Notes under the pieces: generated by a model
What the model saw: only the letters and a program-made list of their open reading frames with translations
Databases searched by the model: none
What the model was told of the DNA's origin: nothing
Assembly: GCF_009914755.1 (NCBI RefSeq)
Contig: NC_060945.1
DNA length: 64,000 nucleotides
Source: the human T2T-CHM13v2.0 reference genome, Homo sapiens
Strand: one strand, 5' to 3'
In this document: in pieces, positions 59,356 through 64,000 of the stretch
Layout: every line of letters starts with the position of its first letter
Position numbering within the stretch: position 1 is the stretch's first letter
Made by a program: the position numbers and the translations under genes

Positions 59356-60387
59356 AGTGTCTCTTAGGCACTCACTTGACATTGATTTTCCTGATATATC
59401 TCACAGGTCCCTGTAGTTTTATTGCATTGATATCCTCCACGGAAATTCTCCAATTTCCCTACTCTACAGTCTGCATTTTTTTTTCAGTTATATATGAAAT
59501 GCAGCTTTGGAATTCCTCACTCTGTCTACTTAGCTAAAGCTTATGGCAGATTCTTGGCACATATGTTTTACTTTATCAGTTTTCTTCAGAGTGTTGTTCT
59601 TGCCACATCACAAATGTTTTTGCTTCCTTACATAATGCAAATTTTCATCACCCAAGCCCATGTATTGGAAAATGTAGAAATAAAATACTGCTTGAGAATT
59701 TGAGATATTATAATGAGTTAAATTTGCCCCACATAGAGCCCATTCTCTAGGGACCACACCACTTAGATCTTGTTACTAAAATATATGAACCGAAAGAGAA
59801 GCCAAATCAGGAAAAAGCTGGTTCAAGATGTGCAAAGGGCCAACCTCGTTAGAAGGATTTACAACCCAATTACATAAGGTCTAAGAGACTGGGCAAATTA
59901 TTGAGGCTATTCATATTATTTTACTAGAGCAGAAATTAACTATGTTCAATAATGGAGTTATTAGCTAGACCTTGAAAGGACAATTAGAGATCTTTGTTCC
60001 AATACAATTTGATTTGTTTATAAAGCATTTCTTAGTTATAGCTGCCCTGTCTTATTATAAGAATTTTTCTTTTGTTACAAGAATTTAAATTCTTATGTTT
60101 AAATTTTGTTATAAGAATTTAAATTCAAATACTAGATATTTTAATAAATATCACTAGCATTAATATTAATATTTTTGCTAAGTGAGAATAACATTCATTT
60201 TTAATTTTTTTAATGATAAACATTATCTGAAAAAATGTAACCCTACAGATTATTTTACAGCTAGACATTTTACAAAGTTAAGTACTAAATAATAATGCTT
60301 TCAAATTATAGCACTTTTTTTGCACATCATCAACAAACTAAGCTTTTTTTTTTTTATTGCTGTTCTTATAAAACCTGTCTAATTTCG

Positions 60388-61107
60388 TGTGATAATTAAT
60401 TTTATGTGTCAACTTGACTGGGTCATGAGGTGCCCAGATATCTGGCCAAGTCTTATTGTGGTGTGTCTCTCAAGATGTTCTTGGATGAGATTAACATTTA
60501 AATGGGTAAACTGAAGAAAGCAGTTGTCCTTCCTAATGTGGGTCAGCTTCATGCAATCAGGTGAAAGGCTGAATAGATCAAAAAGCCCAAGTTAAGAGAT
60601 AATTTCTCCTGCCTCATTACCTCTGAACTGGAACATCAGTTTTTCCCTGCCTCCAGAGACTCTACCTAAAATATTGGCTCTTCCAGTGTCTTGAGCCTGG
60701 ATCTTGAGCCTGGAAGTACATCATCAGCTCTCCTGGTTCTCAGATCTTTGGACATGGACTGGAACTAAACCTTTGGCTATCTCAAGCCCTAAATTGCTGA
60801 CTTATCTTGCAAATCTTCAGGAATTGTCAACTTCCACAATCACACGAGCTAATTTCTTATGACAAATCTGATGTGAGTGTGTGTGTAATTATGTATAAGA
60901 ATTTATATATAAATATATGTAGATTATACATAAGAATATATGTAGATTATATATAAGAACATATATAAGAATATAGGTAGATTATATATAAGAATATATA
61001 CATATAATCCTATATACATATAATCACATGAGCCAATTTATTATAATAAATCTGATATCTGAAATACATAAATTCACAGATATATGTTTATTTAAAGAAT
61101 CCTGACT
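60388..61107 (+). mobile_element. MLT2D-type LTR with an internal duplication and minisatellite
   Basis: TGTGATAATTAATTTTATGTGTCAACTTGACTGGG...GGATGAGATTAACATTT...AATCACA.GAGC.AATT (twice)...AGAATCCTGACT. Confidence 0.87.
60912..60992 (+). repeat. 23-bp AT-rich minisatellite AATATATGTAGATTATATATAAG (three copies plus one partial)
   Basis: Units at 60912, 60935, 60958 (partial) and 60970. Confidence 0.85.
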
Positions 61108-61536
61108 GCCAGAGAGAAATTAAAATAGAAAAAATAGCTTTGGTGATTGGAGATAGTGATTTTAATTTTGTACTTCAGTTTCTCTTGCATCTATACTAAT
61201 AGATCTTTGGTTTAGCAAAAATAAAGGGGGTGGAGATATTAATGAGGAAGGATAGTTAAGTCTTTTAAGAACCTGTTTAGACATGTCTCCTGAAAAATTA
61301 GTGCATATTATGTATGGAAATACTTGACTGCTAATTAGAACTGCTGCATAGTTCTTAAATAAAGACTGGATAAGTAGTCTGGTACTCCAGTTTCTATCCT
61401 TCATCAACTTCTAACTCAGTTTGCAAATTTTGAGATTCTCCTTAAAGTTTTCTTGTGCTTCCTATCTCTAATTTTGTTGACATGGAAGAATAAGCTCTTT
61501 TGATTATATTTTTTCAGTAGTCATGATGATTAGTTT

Positions 61537-62339
61537 TGAAATGGGAGAGTTCCCTGATCAGCCTCACAGGACAGGTGATGGGCTGTGTTTCATCTATTTG
61601 GTCACTACCATTGCTCAAACCTCTGACAGGAGTGGGGACATGCAGACAGGCAGGTGCAGGAGCCAGCGCACTGGGCTCTGGCCCCACAGCAGTGTGCAGG
61701 GGTGGGAGCTTGTGACTCCCATGTTACAATACTCTTTTAGCTCTGCCATCCACAGACCACCTAAGTGGTCTCAGGTGTGTCTTTGTTAGCAGTGTGAAAA
61801 CAGACTAACGGCCCCTCTGCCTTTCTGCAAGGGCAGAGGGCCAGTGTGACAGCTTTCTATATCCTGAGCTTTTGTCCAGCACCCCGGAAGAATCAGGTCA
61901 CACACAGATTTGAAGGATAAATACAGAGGTTTTCTTTAGTGGTGGAGGTGGCTTTCAACAGGATGGATGGGGAGCTGGAAGGGGGATTGAGTGGGCAAGT
62001 GATCTTCTGCTGGATAGCCAAACTCCTCTCTGACTGCCCCCAGCCAAACGCCTCTCAGCGTTCAGACATTCCTTCTCTTCTCTCTTTCTCTGCCATGCCA
62101 TTCCCCTGTTCAACTGCTTGTCTTCTCACCTCCTCATCTTCTCATCTGTTTATCTGCTTCTGGAGCCTTTTTATGGGTACAAGATTGCGGGATGTGGAGG
62201 GCTAAAGGCAACATTTTGGGCACAAAAACAGGAATGCCTCTCCCAATTTAGGGCCACAGGTCTCCAGGCTTGAGGGTGTGGTCTTTGCTGGGGAACCACC
62301 CTCTTCTATCCAGTATTTCCCTGTCTCCTGTCTGTATTA
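61537..62339 (-). mobile_element. ERV1 solo LTR (LTR1/LTR27/LTR28 group)
   Basis: Minus strand begins TAATACAGACAGGAGACAGGGAAATACTGG and ends GATCAGGGAACTCTCCCATTTCA. Perfect 4-bp TSD GTTT at 61533-61536 and 62340-62343. Confidence 0.85.
61768..61808 (+). mobile_element. Isolated THE1 LTR 3'-terminal fragment inside the ERV1 LTR
   Basis: GTCTCAGGTGTGTCTTTGTTAGCAGTGTGAAAACAGACTAA versus the recalled THE1B/C end GTCTCGGGTATGTCTTTATTAGCAGCGTGAAAACGGACTAA. Confidence 0.75.
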
Positions 62340-62351
62340 GTTTCATATGCA

Positions 62352-63420
62352 CATTGATTGATTCATTCATTCAAAACAATTTTAACTAAGGGCCCAAGAA
62401 ACTTCAGTCTTTCTTCTGAGCACTAACACAGGGCAGTGAGAATGAGAGTCAAGACTTCCATTCTCAGGAAGCTTAGAGGGAGTCAAGGAGAAAAACAATA
62501 AATGAGTGAAAAAACAAATGTATATGATAATTTCAAATTGTGATAAAATCTGGAAATAAATAAGGGTTATGAAAGAAAATGGGAGTTGTTCTATTTCATT
62601 GTTAGGAAAGTTCTTTCTAAGAAGTTCACAATTTAGATGAAACATGAATTGTATAAAGAAACCAGTGAAGTCCTGAATTGAAGACAAAGCCAAACGAACA
62701 AGTAAATTAGAGGTGAATTTAGAATGCTGAAGAAACAGATCTCTTCCTCATCAGGCCTGATCAGCAAGAATTCCCATTCATGATCCTCCATGCTCTGTCT
62801 ACATTCAAGCAATGGCAACCTTGAAAGTTATCTGTGGAAGCTGATGGAGGCTTTACTTAAAATGTCTAGACTACTGATTTACCTTTTGAGGAGGGTTACA
62901 AAATAATAAGAAAATAATACTTACTGTATGTGAGCAAGAAATAATCATTTACTGTATTGTATCACTGCAATTCTGAGATGTATCTTTTACATTAGCCAGA
63001 ATTGCCTATATTAATACAGTCAAAAATTTGGGTTTTTATTAAGTGTCATGAGAATATGTTAACAGACCTCAAGCAGGGTAAGTAATATGATTTGGTCTTT
63101 GTTGTTATGCTACCACTCTGCTGAGTGGCAACGGTTTGTAGAGGAACAAGGGCAAGAGATTAATTAGGAATAAGATAATCAAAAGCTGACAATAGCATGG
63201 ACTAGGGTAGTTGCTACAGAGATAGAAGGAAATACACATGTTCTGTGTTTTTTTCAAGGTAAGTATAAAAGACCTGAAAGATAGACAGGATGTGGAGGTA
63301 ACTTACAGAGAGTGATAAAGGATGATGTTTTTCTCTAAGTTTCATGTTTTGAGCAATGAGATGAATGTCGGTATTAATTTTTCAATGGGAAGACAGAAGA
63401 ATACAGTAAAAGTGTATTTT
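62352..63420 (-). mobile_element. L2, split by an MLT1 fragment
   Basis: Tail ATTCATTCATTCAAAACA...CAGTGA...CTCAGGAAGCTTAGA. Resumes near 63017 (AAGCAGGG...GGACTAGGGTAGT...AAGGATGATG...GAGCAA). Confidence 0.7.
62740..63017 (+). mobile_element. Old MLT1 LTR fragment (H/I/J-like)
   Basis: GGCAACCTTGAAAG...TGTGAGCAAGAAATAA.C.TTTA.TGT...CACTG..ATT.TGAG.TGT. Confidence 0.55.
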
Positions 63421-63679
63421 TTGATGGGTTTTTGTGACATCCAGGGCCAATATTAGTGTATCTTTGTGTTGTGACCCATCCATAGACATTTCTGTTAATG
63501 CTGGGATTTGGAGGAAGGTGTTAAGGAGAAAATCATTGATAAAGAAACTTCTCAAGTTTAAGTGAAATAAGACCTATTACTTTTCTTACTTCAGTCAATA
63601 TAATTGAACCTAAAAATACCTGCAAAAAATGTCCTTAATAAAGGCAATAGAAAATTAGCAAGTGTAATTATTAAGGAAA

Positions 63680-63870
63680 TGACTGAAGTAGGCACTAATC
63701 AGGACTTAAAGTCAAGACTCGTTGCAAACTTTGCCTATGATCTTCACCAGTTTTCTCACCTTGATTAAGTCTCTTGCCACGTCTGATTAAGTCTCTTTAA
63801 CAATAAATAGAGCAGACTTATTTCTCTGAATAAGCTTCTTATAATCATTAAAAATAAAAAGTCATGAGAA
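63680..63870 (+). mobile_element. MIR fragment containing a 14-bp duplication (TGATTAAGTCTCTT)
   Basis: AGGACTTAAAGTCAAGAC...TTCACCAG...ACCTTGA.TAAGTC.CTT. Confidence 0.45.
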
Positions 63871-64000
63871 AACATCTCACAAATTACAAAACACTATAAA
63901 ATATAAGTAAAAGTTTCTATTACTTTTAAAATAAATACTAGAATTCAAAGTAACTTCCAGTTTTTTAAATTAACATGTTGTGTTTTTTTGTTGCTAAAAT

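Noticed and set aside
60912-60992. Repeat-spacer or CRISPR-like array
   Set aside because: The units are contiguous AT-rich minisatellite copies with no unique spacers, and the context is primate DNA.

Overview
AT-rich primate (human-like) non-coding DNA, either a gene desert or a large intron. I found no credible protein-coding exon, RNA gene, CpG island or CRISPR-type array. The ORFs in the track that I can place derive from Alu, L1, L2, MaLR or ERV sequence, and the rest look like chance frames. The window holds 20 Alu copies (J, S and Y lineages, most with target-site duplications, TSDs) and about 20 LTR elements (MLT1, MLT2, MSTA, THE1, LTR16/LTR47-like, LTR1/27/28-like). One of these is a complete two-LTR THE1 MaLR provirus (46472-48707) nested in an older MLT1. 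Old L1M, L2, L3, MIR and hAT (MER3, MER33) fossils and microsatellites are also present. Repeat names come from my recall of consensus sequences, not from a RepeatMasker run, so subfamily labels and the ends of old elements are approximate. I found no new biological system. The most unusual local observations are four: a ~41-bp THE1 LTR end inside an unrelated ERV1 LTR; an old ~62-bp direct repeat 707 bp apart in unique sequence; a 20-bp TSD-like duplication at an L1-endonuclease site around only 8 nt; and three closely spaced inverted Alu pairs.
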